A stretch of 64,000 bases of DNA from an uncultured Acidobacteriota bacterium (GCA_963810205.1 CAWEMP010000018.1:96265-160264); one strand, 5' to 3'. Numbered from the stretch's first letter, positions 18,093 to 30,055 are shown. The notes: generated by a model from the sequence alone, not told the origin. Numbers and translations are program-made.

Positions 18093-18654
18093 GCTTGATC
18101 GTGCAGCCGAAGGCCTTCGTCTCCGCCTTGGAGACGGGCTGGCCGGCGAGGATCTGGTCGAGCGCGTTCTTGAGATCGGGCGAGGTGACCTTCGTCGGCT
18201 CCTCGTAGTTTTCGTCGATGCGGCCGTGGTACAGGAGTTTCCCGTCGGAGCCGACCACGTAGACCTCGGGCGTGCGCTTGGCGTCGTAGAGGTCCGCGAC
18301 CTTGTTGCCGGGGTCCTTGACGAGCGTGAAGGCCCACTTGTGCTCCTTGGCGTGCGCCTTGACCTCGTCTTCGGGCTCGGTCTTGTTGCTGTTGATGCCG
18401 ACGAAGAGGACGCCCTTCTTGGCGTAGTCGTCGGCCATCTGGCGCATCCGATCGTTGTAGGCGTTCGAGTACGGGCACTTGGTCGCGATGAACATCAGAA
18501 CGACGGCCTTGTTGGCCTTTTCCGCGTCGGCGAGCGAGAAGGACTTTCCGTCGATCGTGGTGAGCTGGAAGTTCGGGGCGGCGGCGCCGATCGCGGGCCC
18601 GTCGGCGAGAGCAGCGCCGGCCAGGGCCACGGAACGCCGCAAAACACAGGGCAA
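18085..18654 (-). CDS. Thioredoxin-fold (redoxin-like) secreted protein with CxxS motif
   Basis: APNFQLTTIDGKSFSL, VVLMFIATKCPYSNAY, KRTPEVYVV. TTG start with an RR-type leader. An ATG 18 nt upstream in another frame gives an alternative leader. Confidence 0.7.
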   Translation of the reverse strand: MPCVLRRSVALAGAALADGPAIGAAAPNFQLTTIDGKSFSLADAEKANKAVVLMFIATKCPYSNAYNDRMRQMADDYAKKGVLFVGINSNKTEPEDEVKAHAKEHKWAFTLVKDPGNKVADLYDAKRTPEVYVVGSDGKLLYHGRIDENYEEPTKVTSPDLKNALDQILAGQPVSKAETKAFGCTIKRA

Positions 18655-18738
18655 TTCTGAGGGTTTTCATCACACGCTTCTCCTTGAATGGCTCGAAAGC
18701 GAGCCGCGGGACCGATTATTCCCCCGGGGTGGGCGGAG

Positions 18739-19147
18739 TCAGCCCCGTCGGGGCCGCAGCCAGCGGCGGCGCGGGGGCCCCGCCTCGAGGGCGGCGATCC
18801 GGCCCTCGAGCGATTCGACCCGGCGCTGGAGGTCCCGGAGCGCCTGGCCGTCCGCGGCGCCCGCATCGCGGACCCGCTCGACCTCTTCGCGCAGCGCCTC
18901 GCTGTCTCCCCGCGACATGAGTGACCCGCCGGACCTCCGCCAGCCCGAGACCTTCGACCTCGGTCAGCCGCCGCACGGCGGCAAACCGCTCGACGTCCCC
19001 GGCGCCGTACCGCCGATGTCCGCCGGAGGTCTTGCGGATGTAGAAGAGGCCGGGAAGCTCCCGCTCGTAGAAGCGGAGCGTCGAGACCGGGATGCCGGTC
19101 CTTTCCGCGACCGCGGAGATCGTAAGACCGTCGGGCTCGGGCGCCAT
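18739..19147 (-). CDS. MerR-family transcriptional regulator; one apparent frameshift near 18920-18935
   Basis: LTISAVAERTGIPVSTLRFYERE...SGGHRRY HTH. The coiled-coil tail (SRGDSEALREEVERVRDAG...RVESLEGRIAALEA) is in the next frame and ends at TGA 18741..18739. Confidence 0.7.
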
Positions 19148-19170
19148 CGGCTCCCCGAGGACGCTCCCGC

Positions 19171-19548
19171 CTACACCGCGAAGAGCGGTCGGATCACCAC
19201 GGGGTCGAACTTCCACAGGTACTTGTAGGCCCCGTTGAAGAAGTCGATCGTGATCTCGTAGTGCGCCTCGACGGTGATCGAGTCGCGCTGCTTGGTGATC
19301 TTGAGGTTTTCCTTCTTGATCGGAAGCTTCAGCTCCTCGGCCTTCCTCAGGATCTCGAACTCGATGTTCTTGGGGTCCTTGATCGAGCCGAACGCGGCCT
19401 GCTCCTGCATCGCGTCGTAGAACTCGGAGGTGGCGATCTTGACCGGGACGACCTTCCACAGCAGATAGCCGACGACTCCCAGAACGACGAGCCAGACGAT
19501 GCACCCGAAGTTGGCGCCGCCGCGAATCCCTCGCCGTGACCGTGTCAT
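19171..19548 (-). CDS. Hypothetical membrane-anchored protein
   Basis: 125 aa with an N-terminal TM segment CIVWLVVLGVVGYLLW. Coding-like. No motif I can name. Confidence 0.55.
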   Translation of the reverse strand: MTRSRRGIRGGANFGCIVWLVVLGVVGYLLWKVVPVKIATSEFYDAMQEQAAFGSIKDPKNIEFEILRKAEELKLPIKKENLKITKQRDSITVEAHYEITIDFFNGAYKYLWKFDPVVIRPLFAV

Positions 19549-19599
19549 GCGTTTGTCTCCTCCGGCTCGATCTGCGCCGATTCTAACCCGGCTCGCCGG

Positions 19600-20313
19600 T
19601 TATCGGACCGGGAGAAACGCGCGGTTCCAGCGCATGCGCGCGAACGCGTCGCGGATCGACCGGAGGATCGGCGGCCGCGGCGCGTCGGAGGGGCGCGGCG
19701 CGAGCGACCAGTAGACGAAGAGGGCGCGGCCCACGAGATGGCTCGCGGGGACCGGCCCCCACGAACGACTGTCGCTCGAATCGTCGCGGTTGTCGCCCAT
19801 GACGAAGTACGCGCCGTCGGGCAGGCGCAGCGGAACGAGCTGGTCGCGGCGCCGGCGCGCCTCGGGAATGCTCGCGTCGTCGGGCCAGACGCGGTCGTCG
19901 GCGTGGAAGACGTACGGCTCCGGGAGGGGCCGGCCGTCGATCGAGACGGTCCGGTCGCGGATCGCCACGGTCTCGCCCGGGAGCCCGACGACGCGCTTGA
20001 TGAAGTCGCGGCGCGGGTCGCCGGGGAACCGGAAGACGACGACGTCGCCGCGGCGCACGGCGCGGCCGGGCAGGAGCGCCGCCCACGGTGCGGCGAGCGG
20101 GGCGTAGAGGAACTTGTTGACGACGAGGCGGTCGCCCGCCAGCACGTTCTTTTCCATCGACGGGCTCGGCACGTCGAAGGCCTGGAAGAGGAAGGTGCGG
20201 GCAAAGAGGGCGAACACGACCGCGGCGGCGAGAGGATCCGCCCGCTCGCGCAACGGCCTTCGGGAGGGCGTCGGCGCGGCGGCTACCGGACCACCGTGAA
20301 CATCCGGTCCCAT
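19600..20313 (-). CDS. lepB: Signal peptidase I (second copy); start uncertain (ATG 20313 or TTG 20253)
   Basis: SPSMEKNVLAGD (Ser box), GDVVVFRFP, KRVVGLPGE, GDNRDDSSDSRSWG. Confidence 0.8.
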   Translation of the reverse strand: MGPDVHGGPVAAAPTPSRRPLRERADPLAAAVVFALFARTFLFQAFDVPSPSMEKNVLAGDRLVVNKFLYAPLAAPWAALLPGRAVRRGDVVVFRFPGDPRRDFIKRVVGLPGETVAIRDRTVSIDGRPLPEPYVFHADDRVWPDDASIPEARRRRDQLVPLRLPDGAYFVMGDNRDDSSDSRSWGPVPASHLVGRALFVYWSLAPRPSDAPRPPILRSIRDAFARMRWNRAFLPVR

Positions 20314-21041
20314 CGCGTCCGCGAAAAGAAGTGGATGGCGACTTCGGCGAGCTGCCGGATCTTGGCGACGGGGCCTCTCCAGATGTGCGAGTTCGGCTCC
20401 GCCTCGTACGACCAGTAGAGCATCGAGGGCCGGCCGAAGATGTTGGCGCGCGGGATCGCCCCCCAGTAGCGCGAGTCGAGCGAGTTGTCGCGGTTGTCGC
20501 CCATCCCGAAGAACGAATCGGGCGGCACCGTGAACGGGCCGAACTGGTCGCGGCGGCGAGCCATGTCGGGCACCCCGGGGCTGTTGGGGTAGGTCTCGGG
20601 GTCGATGTGCTGGACCGAGGGCACGTCGTAGGGCTGCCCGTTGACGAGAAGCCGCTTGTCCACGACCTGCACGGTGTCGCCGCCCCTGGCCACGGCGCGC
20701 TTGACGAGCACGTTGCCGGGGTTCATGTCGTCGCCGGGCTTCTTGAAGACGACGATGTCGCCCGGCTTCACGTCGCGGTAGGGCAGGAACTTCGCCAGCC
20801 CCGGGATCCGCGGCGCGAACGCGAACTTGTTGACGAGCAGGTGGTCGCCGACGAGGATCGTGCGCTCCATGGAGCCCGTCGGCACCTGGTAGGTCTGCAC
20901 GACGAACGTCCGGACGAAGAGGACGAAGACGCCGGCCACGAGCAGCGACTCGTACCACTCGCGCAGCGTCGAGTGCTTCTTCTTCTCGGGCGTCTCCGCG
21001 GCCCCGGCGACGGTCCCGGCGGGGGAGGGTGTGTTTTTCAT
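20283..21041 (-). CDS. lepB: Signal peptidase I (first copy)
   Basis: [48 protein letters not shown] 21041..21039 overlaps the lepA TGA (ATGA). Confidence 0.85.
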   Translation of the reverse strand: MKNTPSPAGTVAGAAETPEKKKHSTLREWYESLLVAGVFVLFVRTFVVQTYQVPTGSMERTILVGDHLLVNKFAFAPRIPGLAKFLPYRDVKPGDIVVFKKPGDDMNPGNVLVKRAVARGGDTVQVVDKRLLVNGQPYDVPSVQHIDPETYPNSPGVPDMARRRDQFGPFTVPPDSFFGMGDNRDNSLDSRYWGAIPRANIFGRPSMLYWSYEAEPNSHIWRGPVAKIRQLAEVAIHFFSRTRWDRMFTVVR

Positions 21042-22837
21042 TCGACTTTCAGCACGGCGAGGAACGCTTCCTGCGGGATGTCCACGCGGCCCACCCGCTT
21101 CATGCGCTTCTTGCCCTCCTTCTGTTTCTCCAGCAGTTTTCGCTTCCTCGTGATGTCGCCGCCGTAGCACTTGGCCAGCACGTTCTTGCGGATCGCCGAG
21201 ACCTGCTCCCGGGCGATGATCTTCGAGCCGATGGCGGCCTGGATCACCACCTCGAACATCTGCCGGGGGATGATTTCTTTCATCTTGGCCGTCAGGAACC
21301 GCCCCTTCACCGTGGCCTCCTCCCGGTGGACGATCAGCGACAGGGCGTCGACCGGGTCGCCGTTGACGAGCAGGTCGAGCTTGACGAGGTCGCCCTCCCG
21401 GTAGCCCTGGAACTCGTAGTCGAAGGAGGCGTAGCCCTTCGAGATGGACTTCAGCTTGTCGTAGAAGTCGAGGACGACCTCGTTCAGGGGGAAGTCGTAG
21501 ATGAGGACGACGCGGTTGGCGGCGAGGTACTCGAGGGACTTCTGGGTGCCGCGGCGCTCCTCGCAGAGCTTGAGCAGTCCGCCGAGAAACTCGTCGCGCG
21601 TGATGATCGTGGCCGTGATGTAAGGCTCTTCGACCTTGACGATGGAATTCGGGGCGGGCAGGTGGTTGGGGTTGACGATCTCGAGCACCTCGCCCTTCGT
21701 GGTCGTGACGCGATAGTTCACGCCGGGCGCCGTCGTGATGAGGTCGAGGTCGAACTCGCGCTCGAGGCGCTCCTGGATGATCTCCATGTGGAGCAGTCCG
21801 AGGAACCCGCACCGGAACCCGAAGCCGAGCGCGGTCGAGTTCTCGGGCTCGAAGGAGAACGAGGCGTCGTTCAGCCGGAGCTTCTCCATGGCGTCGCGGA
21901 GGTTCGCGTACTCGTCGGCGTCGGTCGGGAAGAGGCCGGCGAAGACCATCGGCTTGGCCTCGGCGAAGCCTTCGAGCGGTTCGGCGGTCGGCCGCTTGAT
22001 CTCGGTGATCGTGTCGCCGATCCGGGTCGAGTGGAGGTCCTTGATGTTGCCCCAGAACGAGCCGACCTCGCCGACCGAGAGCTCCGCCACCTCCTCGGCC
22101 TGCGGCCGGAAGACGCCGAGGGCCTCGACGTCGGTCTCCAGGCCGGTTCCCATCGCGCGGATCTTCGTGTGGGGCCGGAGGCGGCCGTCGACGATGCGCA
22201 CGAGCGAGGTGACGCCCCGGTAGGAGTCGTACCAGGAGTCGAAGAGGAGGCCCTTGAGCGGCGCGTCCGGATCGCCCTGGGGCGGCGGAATGTCGCGGAC
22301 GATGCGCTCGAGGAGCTCGTCGATGCCGATGCCCATCTTGGCCGAGGTCAGGACGGCGTCGTGCGCCGGGATGCCCACGACCTGCTCGATCTGCTCCCGC
22401 GCCTTCTCGGGCTCGGCGGAGGGCAGGTCGATCTTGTTGATGACGGGAACGATCGTGAGGTTGTGGTGAGTGGCCAGGTACGCGTTGGCGAGCGTCTGGG
22501 CCTCGACGCCCTGCGTCGCGTCGACGACGAGGATCGCGCCCTCGCAGGCCGCGAGCGAACGCGAGACCTCGTAGGAGAAGTCGACGTGGCCCGGCGTGTC
22601 GATCAGGTTCAGGACGTACACGTGGCCGTCCTGCGCCTGGTAGCTCAGCGTCACCGCGCGAGCCTTGATGGTGATCCCGCGCTCCTTCTCGAGATCCATG
22701 TCGTCGAGCATCTGCTCGTGCATCTCGCGCGCGGCCACGGCTCCGCAGCGCTGGAGGATGCGGTCCGACAGCGTCGTCTTCCCGTGGTCGATGTGCGCGA
22801 CGATCGAGAAGTTGCGGATGAATTTGGGGTCGGTCAT
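21038..22837 (-). CDS. lepA: Translation elongation factor 4
   Basis: [30 protein letters not shown], plus the conserved LepA C-terminal domain ([25 protein letters not shown]). Confidence 0.95.
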   Translation of the reverse strand: MTDPKFIRNFSIVAHIDHGKTTLSDRILQRCGAVAAREMHEQMLDDMDLEKERGITIKARAVTLSYQAQDGHVYVLNLIDTPGHVDFSYEVSRSLAACEGAILVVDATQGVEAQTLANAYLATHHNLTIVPVINKIDLPSAEPEKAREQIEQVVGIPAHDAVLTSAKMGIGIDELLERIVRDIPPPQGDPDAPLKGLLFDSWYDSYRGVTSLVRIVDGRLRPHTKIRAMGTGLETDVEALGVFRPQAEEVAELSVGEVGSFWGNIKDLHSTRIGDTITEIKRPTAEPLEGFAEAKPMVFAGLFPTDADEYANLRDAMEKLRLNDASFSFEPENSTALGFGFRCGFLGLLHMEIIQERLEREFDLDLITTAPGVNYRVTTTKGEVLEIVNPNHLPAPNSIVKVEEPYITATIITRDEFLGGLLKLCEERRGTQKSLEYLAANRVVLIYDFPLNEVVLDFYDKLKSISKGYASFDYEFQGYREGDLVKLDLLVNGDPVDALSLIVHREEATVKGRFLTAKMKEIIPRQMFEVVIQAAIGSKIIAREQVSAIRKNVLAKCYGGDITRKRKLLEKQKEGKKRMKRVGRVDIPQEAFLAVLKVE

Positions 22838-22913
22838 CGGCGAACGAACGGCGATAATACCGACCGGCGATCGCCCGGCATCCGCCGCGGGACCTCTCCT
22901 TCGACCCACCTGG

Positions 22914-23039
22914 CACATCGGCTCGCGGCCGAGGAGTCTCCGCGAGCCAGCGGCGGAGCCTCGCGCCGCGGAGCGAGGCGCCCCGGGACCAGGCTCGCGG
23001 CGAGCCCCTGGCGACCGCGACCGGTGCGCCGAGGCGCAG
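22914..23039 (+). repeat. Family-1 repeat, degenerate copy 4
   Basis: Shares cacatcgg.tcgcgg, agtctcc, tcgcgccgcgg.agcg and ggtgcgcc-ga-ggcgcag with copies 1-3. It has its own hairpins ggctcgcgg/ccgcgagcc and gcctcgc/gcgaggc. Confidence 0.4.
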
Positions 23040-23053
23040 GTCCGGGCTGGCCG

Positions 23054-24092
23054 TCACGTTCCCAGCGGCCAGCGGGAACGGGCCTGGGCCACTTCGAGCG
23101 GCTGCGCGCCCTCCCGCCGGTGCCGGAGGAGACCGGCCCACGCGATCATGGCCGCGTTGTCGGTCGTGAACGCGCGATCGGGCAGATGGACCGGCACGCC
23201 GTGCCGGCCGCCCCAGGCCGAGAGCGCCGCGCGCAGCTCCGAGTTCGCCGCGACGCCCCCCGAGAGGGCGAGCGCCCGGACGCCCGTCTCGCCGTGCACC
23301 TCGTCGACGCGGGAGACGAGCGCCCGGACGATCGCGCGCTGGAAGGACGCGAGCAGGTCGACGAGGTCGGGATCGAGCCGTTCCGGGATCGAGCGGCGAG
23401 CCGTCGATGTTGCGCCGCTGGAGCTCGCGCAGCATCGCGGTCTTCAGGCCCGAGAACGAGAAATCCCGCGATCCCTCGACGCGGCCGACCGGGAAACGGG
23501 AAGCGGTTGCCGCGCCCGCGGGCGGCGATCCGGTCGACGACGGGGCCGCCCGGGTATCCGAGGCCCGCGCGGCGCGCGATCTTGTCGAACGCCTCGCCGG
23601 GCGCGTCGTCGCGCGTGCGGGCGAGGGGAACGATGCGGTCCGCCTCGACCCGCACGAGCTCGGCGTGGCCGCCCGAGACGACGAGCCCGTGAAACGGGTA
23701 CGCGATCGTCAGCGGCGGCTCGCCGTTCGGGCGCAGGAACGCGGAGAAGAGGTGCCCCTCGAGATGGTTGACGCCGACGAGCGGGATGCCGCGCGCGAAG
23801 GCCAGCGCCTTGCCGGCGGAGAGCCCGACGAGGAGCGCCCCGATCAGGCCCGGGCCGGCGGTCGCCGCGACGAGCCCGACCTCCTCGAGCCCCACGCCGG
23901 CTTTTTCGAGCGCCTCCTCGAGCGCGGCCGGCAGGTTCTCCAGGTGCGCGCGCGCCGCGACCTCGGGCACGACGCCGCCGTAGCGCGCATGCGCCGCCAT
24001 CTGCGAGGAGATGACGTTCGAACGGACCCGGCCTTCCTCGTCGAGGACGGCGACCGAGGTCTCGTCGCAGGAGGTCTCGATGCCGAGGACGA

Positions 24093-24096
<4 letters not shown>
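23054..24096 (-). CDS. tsaD: tRNA N6-adenosine threonylcarbamoyltransferase; two apparent frameshifts (~23480, ~23385)
   Basis: [24 protein letters not shown], then [13 protein letters not shown] (second frame), then [22 protein letters not shown] (third frame). The GTG start overlaps the mtnA TGA (GTGA 24093-24096). Confidence 0.85.
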
Positions 24097-25148
<1,052 letters not shown>

Positions 25149-25152
<4 letters not shown>

Positions 25153-26837
25153 CTCGTCTCCCGGACGACGAGCGCCGCGCCGTTGCCGCGCGGGTCGGCG
25201 ACCGGCCGGAGGGTGCCGTCCGGGTCGACCGCGATGGCGTGGACGCTGCCGATCGGGCCGCGCTCGCGAATCTCGTGGCCCATCGCGCGGAGCGCCTCGA
25301 TCCAGGCCGCGTCGAAGCGGCCGCGCTCGATCTGGATCGCGTCGGGCAGGTCCTGCTGATGGAACCGCGGCGCCGCGAGTGCGGCTTCGAGCGGCTCCCG
25401 GCGCAGGACCCGATTCAGGAGCACCTGCAGGTTCGTCGTCGGGATCGTCGAGCCGCCCGGCGTCCCCCAGACGAGAACGGCCCTGCCGCCGGCGACCGCG
25501 ATCGACGGGCACATCGCGGAGAGCATCCGCTTGCCGGGCCCGACCGCGTTGGCCTCGCCCTGGACGAGGCCGTACATGTTGGGCTGCCCCGGGCGCGTCG
25601 CGAAATCGTCCATCTCGTTGTTCCAGATGAACCCGAGTCCCGGCGCCACGCGCGCGCTGCCGAAGGAGTCGTTCAACGTCGTCGTCACCGAGACGGCCAT
25701 TCCGTCGTCGTCGATGACCGAGAAGTGCGTGGTGGTCGGCTTCTCGCCCGGGAGCGACGGCAGGTCCGCCGTCGGCGTGGCGCGGTCGGGGCGGATGGTC
25801 GCGACGAGCGCCTTCAGTCGCGCGGGGTCGGTGAAGATCTTCGGGTCGAACCGCGCGAAAGCCGGGTCGCCCAGCCAGCGATTGCGGTCGCGGAACGCCC
25901 GCTTCTCGATCTCGGCGAGCCAGTGGGCGGACTCGGGGCCGGTCGGTCGGATGCGGTCGGCGCCGGCGAGCTCCGCCATGATCGCCATCTCGGCGAGCAC
26001 GGGGCCGGACGAGGGCGCCGGTGTCGTCACGACGTCGACGCCCTGGAACCGAAAGCGCACGGGCTTGCGGACCTTCGCTTCGTAGCGTGCCAGGTCGCCG
26101 CGCGTGATCAGTCCGCCCGCGCGCTTCTGCCCGTCCTCGATCGCGCGCGCCACGCGGCCGCGGTAGAAGCCGTCTTCGCCGAGGTCGCGAATGGCTTCGA
26201 GCGTGCGCGCGAGGTCCGGCTGCCGAAAGACGGCGCCGGGCGCCGGCGGCGCCCCTCCCGGCAGGAAGATGCGCGCCGTCGGGAGGTCGGCGGCGAGGCG
26301 CTTCTGCTCGTCGGCGATCGACTCGGAAACCGCCGCGGTCATCACGAACCCGTCCCGCGCGAGCCGGACGGCCGGCTCGACCACGGCCTTCCACGGCAGC
26401 CGCCCGGCCCGGCGGTGCGCGAGGGCGAGACCCGCGACCGAGCCCGGGACGCCCGACGCCAGCGGGCCTTCGAGCGACGAGGGCGGCGCGCCGCCGGCCC
26501 GCGGAGCGGTGTAGAGATCGCGGCGGGCGGCGCGGGGAGCCATCTCCCGGAAGTCGACCGCCAGGACGTTGCCGCGCGCGTCGCGGGAGATCCAGAACCC
26601 GCCTCCGCCGAGGTTGCCGGCCTCGGGCCAGGTCACGGCCAGAGCGAACGCGACGGCGACCGCGGCATCCGTGGCGTTGCCGCCGGCTTCCAGGATCGCG
26701 ATGCCGACCCGGGCCGCATTCTCTTCCGCGGCGGCGACGGCGCCGCCGGCACCTTGCGCGGAACGAGGCGCCGGCGCGCCGACGGCCATCGCCGCGCACA
26801 GGCCGAGCACAAACGCGGCGACGAGGCGCCTTTTCAC
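25149..26837 (-). CDS. ggt: Gamma-glutamyltranspeptidase
   Basis: Signal peptide, NLGGGGF, the autoprocessing site TTHFSVID, and [10 protein letters not shown]. Reading frame intact. Confidence 0.9.
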
Positions 26838-26857
26838 TGCGCTATTCTACCGGCCCG

Positions 26858-28030
26858 ATGAAGTCCATTCGGGATCTCCCCCTGCGGGGCCGCAAGCTCT
26901 TCCTGCGCGTCGACTTCAACGTGCCGCTCGAGAACGGCCGCGTCTCCGACGATACCCGGATCGTCGAGACGCTTCCGACCGTGAGGCTGGCCCGGGAGAA
27001 CGGGGCCCGGGTGATCTGCGCCTCGCACCTCGGCAAGGCCAAGGGCAAGCGCAAGCCCGAGCTGTCGCTGTCGCCCGTCGCCGTGCGGTTCGCGGAGAAG
27101 CTCGGCAGCGCGGTGCGCTTCGTCGACGACTGCATCGGCCCCGAGGCCGCCCGGGCGGCAGACGCGCTGGCCGACGGCGAGGTCCTCCTCCTCGAGAACC
27201 TGCGGTTCCACGCCGGCGAAGAGTCCAACGACCCCGAGTTCGCGAAGGCGCTCGCGTCGCTCGCGGAGGTTTACGTGGACGACGCCTTCGGCGCGGCGCA
27301 CCGCGCCCACGCCTCGGTCGTCGGCGTGCCCGAGGCTCCTGAAAGAGAAGGGCGCGGGGCTGCTCCTCGAGAAGGAGGTGCGCGAGCTGTCGCGGCTGCT
27401 CGAGCCGGAACGGCCGTTCGCCGCGATCCTCGGCGGCGCCAAGATCTCGGGCAAGATCGACACGCTTGCGCGTTCTCTCGCGCCGCGCGGACATTCTGCT
27501 GGTGGGCGGCGGCATGGCGAACCACTTCGTCCGCGCGCTGGGACTCCCGATCGGCCGGTCCCTGCTCGAGGAAGACAAGGTCGAGCTCGCGCGCGAGATC
27601 CTCGACTACTGCAAGGACGGCCGGCAAGACGATCGCGCTGCCCTCGGACTTCGTCGTGGCGAAGTCGCCGGACGACGCCGCCGGCGCGCGCACGGTCGGC
27701 ATCAACAAGATCCCGGACGACCTGATGGCCCTCGACGTCGGACCGAAGACCATCGAGCAGTTCGCGCGACTGCTTTCCTCCGCGAAGACGATCTTCTGGA
27801 ACGGTCCGATGGGCGTCTTCGAGAAGGCGCCGTTCGACAAGGGCACGCGTGCCCTGGCGATGCTCCTCGCCGATTCGAAGGCCGTCACGGTCGTCGGCGG
27901 CGGCGAGAGCGTCCAGGCCGCGCACGAGGCCGGCGTGGCGGACAGGTTCACCCACGTCTCGACGGGCGGCGGCGCCTCGCTCGAGTTCCTCGCGGAAGGG
28001 AAGCTGCCGGGCATCGAAGCTCTGGATTGA
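26858..28030 (+). CDS. pgk: Phosphoglycerate kinase; three same-direction frame changes (~27333, ~27470, ~27620) that restore the frame
   Basis: RVDFNVPL and SHLGKAKG are in frame 0. [28 protein letters not shown] is in frame +1. [14 protein letters not shown]...ILDYCKDG is in frame +2. [10 protein letters not shown]...[10 protein letters not shown]...STGGGASLE is back in frame 0. Confidence 0.9.
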   Translation: MKSIRDLPLRGRKLFLRVDFNVPLENGRVSDDTRIVETLPTVRLARENGARVICASHLGKAKGKRKPELSLSPVAVRFAEKLGSAVRFVDDCIGPEAARAADALADGEVLLLENLRFHAGEESNDPEFAKALASLAEVYVDDAFGAAHRAHASVVGVPEAPEREGRGAAPREGGARAVAAARAGTAVRRDPRRRQDLGQDRHACAFSRAARTFCWWAAAWRTTSSARWDSRSAGPCSRKTRSSSRARSSTTARTAGKTIALPSDFVVAKSPDDAAGARTVGINKIPDDLMALDVGPKTIEQFARLLSSAKTIFWNGPMGVFEKAPFDKGTRALAMLLADSKAVTVVGGGESVQAAHEAGVADRFTHVSTGGGASLEFLAEGKLPGIEALD

Positions 28031-28041
28031 GCGACGGCCCC

Positions 28042-28755
28042 ATGAAGCTCTTCGTCGCCAACTGGAAGATGCACAAGACGCGCGCCGAGGCGGGCGCGTA
28101 CGCGCGCGACCTCTCGGCGGCGATCGGCGACGGCATCGCGGGCCGCGAGCTCGTGCTCGCCCCGTCCTTCACGGCCCTGTCCGACGCGTGCGACGAGCGG
28201 GGGCGCTGGTCGCTCGCATGCCAGAACGTGGCCGCGGAGAGCTCGGGGGCATACACCGGCGAGGTCTCGGCGTCGCAGGCGCGCGATGCCGGCTGCCGAT
28301 ACGCCATCGTCGGGCACTCGGAGCGGCGCCGCCTGTTCGGGGAGGATTCCCCGGTCCTCGCGAAGAAGCTGCGGAGGTGCCGGGAGGCCGGCCTGACGCC
28401 GATCTACTGCCTCGGGGAGACGCTCGAGGAGCGCGATGCGGGCCGGACTCCGGCGATCCTCGAGAGCCAGGTCGAGACGCTCGCCGCGGACCCGAAAGAG
28501 CTCCCGCTCGTCGTGGCCTACGAACCGGTCTGGGCGATCGGGACCGGGCGCGCGGCCGGTCCCGCGGACGCCGAGGCGGCGCGGAGCGACCTGGCGGCGC
28601 TCCTCGGGGGGCGGGCCGGTCTCCGGATCCTGTACGGAGGCTCGGTGACGCCCGAGAACGCCCCGGCTCTGTCCTCCCGGACCGCGTTCGACGGGTTTCT
28701 GATCGGCGGAGCGAGCCTGTCTCCGGCGGCATTCGCCGCGATCGCCCGCGCTTGA
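28042..28755 (+). CDS. tpiA: Triosephosphate isomerase
   Basis: FVANWKMH, GHSERR, AYEPVWAIGTG, ILYGGSV. Confidence 0.95.
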   Translation: MKLFVANWKMHKTRAEAGAYARDLSAAIGDGIAGRELVLAPSFTALSDACDERGRWSLACQNVAAESSGAYTGEVSASQARDAGCRYAIVGHSERRRLFGEDSPVLAKKLRRCREAGLTPIYCLGETLEERDAGRTPAILESQVETLAADPKELPLVVAYEPVWAIGTGRAAGPADAEAARSDLAALLGGRAGLRILYGGSVTPENAPALSSRTAFDGFLIGGASLSPAAFAAIARA

Positions 28756-28804
28756 CGCCCCACCTCCCGGCGCGTACACTTCCCGCCCTTTTCGTGGAGG
28801 CCCT

Positions 28805-29179
28805 TTGCTGTACGCCGCCCTGGTCGTCATCTACGTCATCATCTGTTTCTTCCTGATCCTCGTCGTCCTGCTCCAGCAGGGCAAAGGCGCGGACATCGCC
28901 GGAGCTTTCGGCGGCGGCGGCAGCCAGACGGCCTTCGGCGCGCGCGGCGCCACGACCTTCCTGCACAAGCTGACGACGGGAGCGTTCGTGGCCTTCATCC
29001 TGCTCTCGGTCCTGCTTTCGATCATGGAAGCGCGGCCGAAGAGCTCGGTGGTCCAGACGCTCCCGGCCGCGGCGGCCCCGAAGGCTCCCGCTCCGGCGGC
29101 GCCGGCCGGGTCGCCCGACGCGGCCGCGCCGCAGCCGGCCGCCGGAGAGCCCGCGACGCAGAGCCCCGTGAAGCCATAA
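28805..29179 (+). CDS. secG: Preprotein translocase subunit SecG
   Basis: TTG start. LILVVLLQQGKGADIAGAFGGGGSQTAFGARG is the SecG signature. Pro/Ala-rich tail. Usual pgk-tpiA-secG-tRNA-Leu synteny. Confidence 0.85.
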   Translation: MLYAALVVIYVIICFFLILVVLLQQGKGADIAGAFGGGGSQTAFGARGATTFLHKLTTGAFVAFILLSVLLSIMEARPKSSVVQTLPAAAAPKAPAPAAPAGSPDAAAPQPAAGEPATQSPVKP

Positions 29180-29192
29180 AATCGTCCCCCGT

Positions 29193-29277
<85 letters not shown>

Positions 29278-29290
29278 TCTTCAAGAACCA

Positions 29291-29318
29291 GTAAGCCGTA
29301 AGCCGTAAGCAGTAAGCC
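29291..29318 (+). repeat. Heptamer microsatellite (GTAAGCC x4, one variant) in a long imperfect hairpin
   Basis: gtaagcc gtaagcc gtaagca gtaagcc. Complementary gcttac/gcttag lies at 29338-29357. The outer pairing is CCAGTAAGC (29288-29296) with GCTTACTGG (29352-29360). Confidence 0.6.
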
Positions 29319-29362
29319 GGGCGGATCCATCCGCGACGCTTAGTGCCTACCGCTTACTGGCC

Positions 29363-29710
29363 CTACGGAACTGGATCCGCTCCGCCCGCCGCCCAGGGAT
29401 GGCATCGCAGGATCCGCGCGGCCGCCAGAGCGAATCCCTTCGGGTTGCCATAGCGCAGGATCGCTTCGCGCCCGTATGCGGAGCAGGTCGGCGTGAACCG
29501 GCAGCGGACGAGGCCGCTCGAGGCGAGGGATGGCGAAACGGCGCTCCGGTAGAGGTCGATCGACGCCACGGCCGCGCGCGCGCTCCACTGGGCGTGCGGC
29601 GGGCGCAGCGCGTCTCCGACCAGGAAACCGAGGCAGGCCGCCAGGGCCGGCGCGAGGAGCGAGGCGCGCTGCGCCGGGGCAGGCGTCTCAGCGACCGGCG
29701 CGGCTGGCAT
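29363..29710 (-). CDS. yidD: Membrane protein insertion efficiency factor YidD
   Basis: [46 protein letters not shown] matches the YidD signature. The N-terminal extension and start are uncertain. Confidence 0.8.
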   Translation of the reverse strand: MPAAPVAETPAPAQRASLLAPALAACLGFLVGDALRPPHAQWSARAAVASIDLYRSAVSPSLASSGLVRCRFTPTCSAYGREAILRYGNPKGFALAAARILRCHPWAAGGADPVP

Positions 29711-30032
29711 ACGAGGAGATTCCGGGGATGATGAGGCGCTGCCCGCCGAGCGCCTTGACCGTGGCGAGGATGGCGATCATCACGTACAGCAGCGACGCGA
29801 TCGACATCGTGACCGCGTAGACGCACGAGAGGGACGGGACCGCGATGCCGACGATCGTCGCGGCCACTCCGGCGGCGACCAGCGCGGCGAAGAGGGCGAG
29901 ACCGTTGCGCGCGTGCCAGCGCACCTCGGGATCCCGTTTTTCGACCAGCAGCGGGACGAATCCGAGGAAGGCGGCGTAGCAGAGCGCGAGGAGCCAGAGT
30001 CGGCTGGGGGAGGAGGGGCCCTCGGCGCTCAT
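29688..30032 (-). CDS. Small integral membrane protein
   Basis: 114 aa with 3-4 hydrophobic spans. ATG at 30032. No motif I can name. Confidence 0.5.
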   Translation of the reverse strand: MSAEGPSSPSRLWLLALCYAAFLGFVPLLVEKRDPEVRWHARNGLALFAALVAAGVAATIVGIAVPSLSCVYAVTMSIASLLYVMIAILATVKALGGQRLIIPGISSYASRAGR

Positions 30033-30055
30033 CCGGGCCGAGGATACAGCGACAG

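Noticed and set aside
29291-29318. The heptamer array as a CRISPR-like array or a phage attachment site.
   Set aside because: The units are 7 nt with no spacers. No cas genes, integrase or island genes flank it. The neighbouring genes (secG, yidD) are core.
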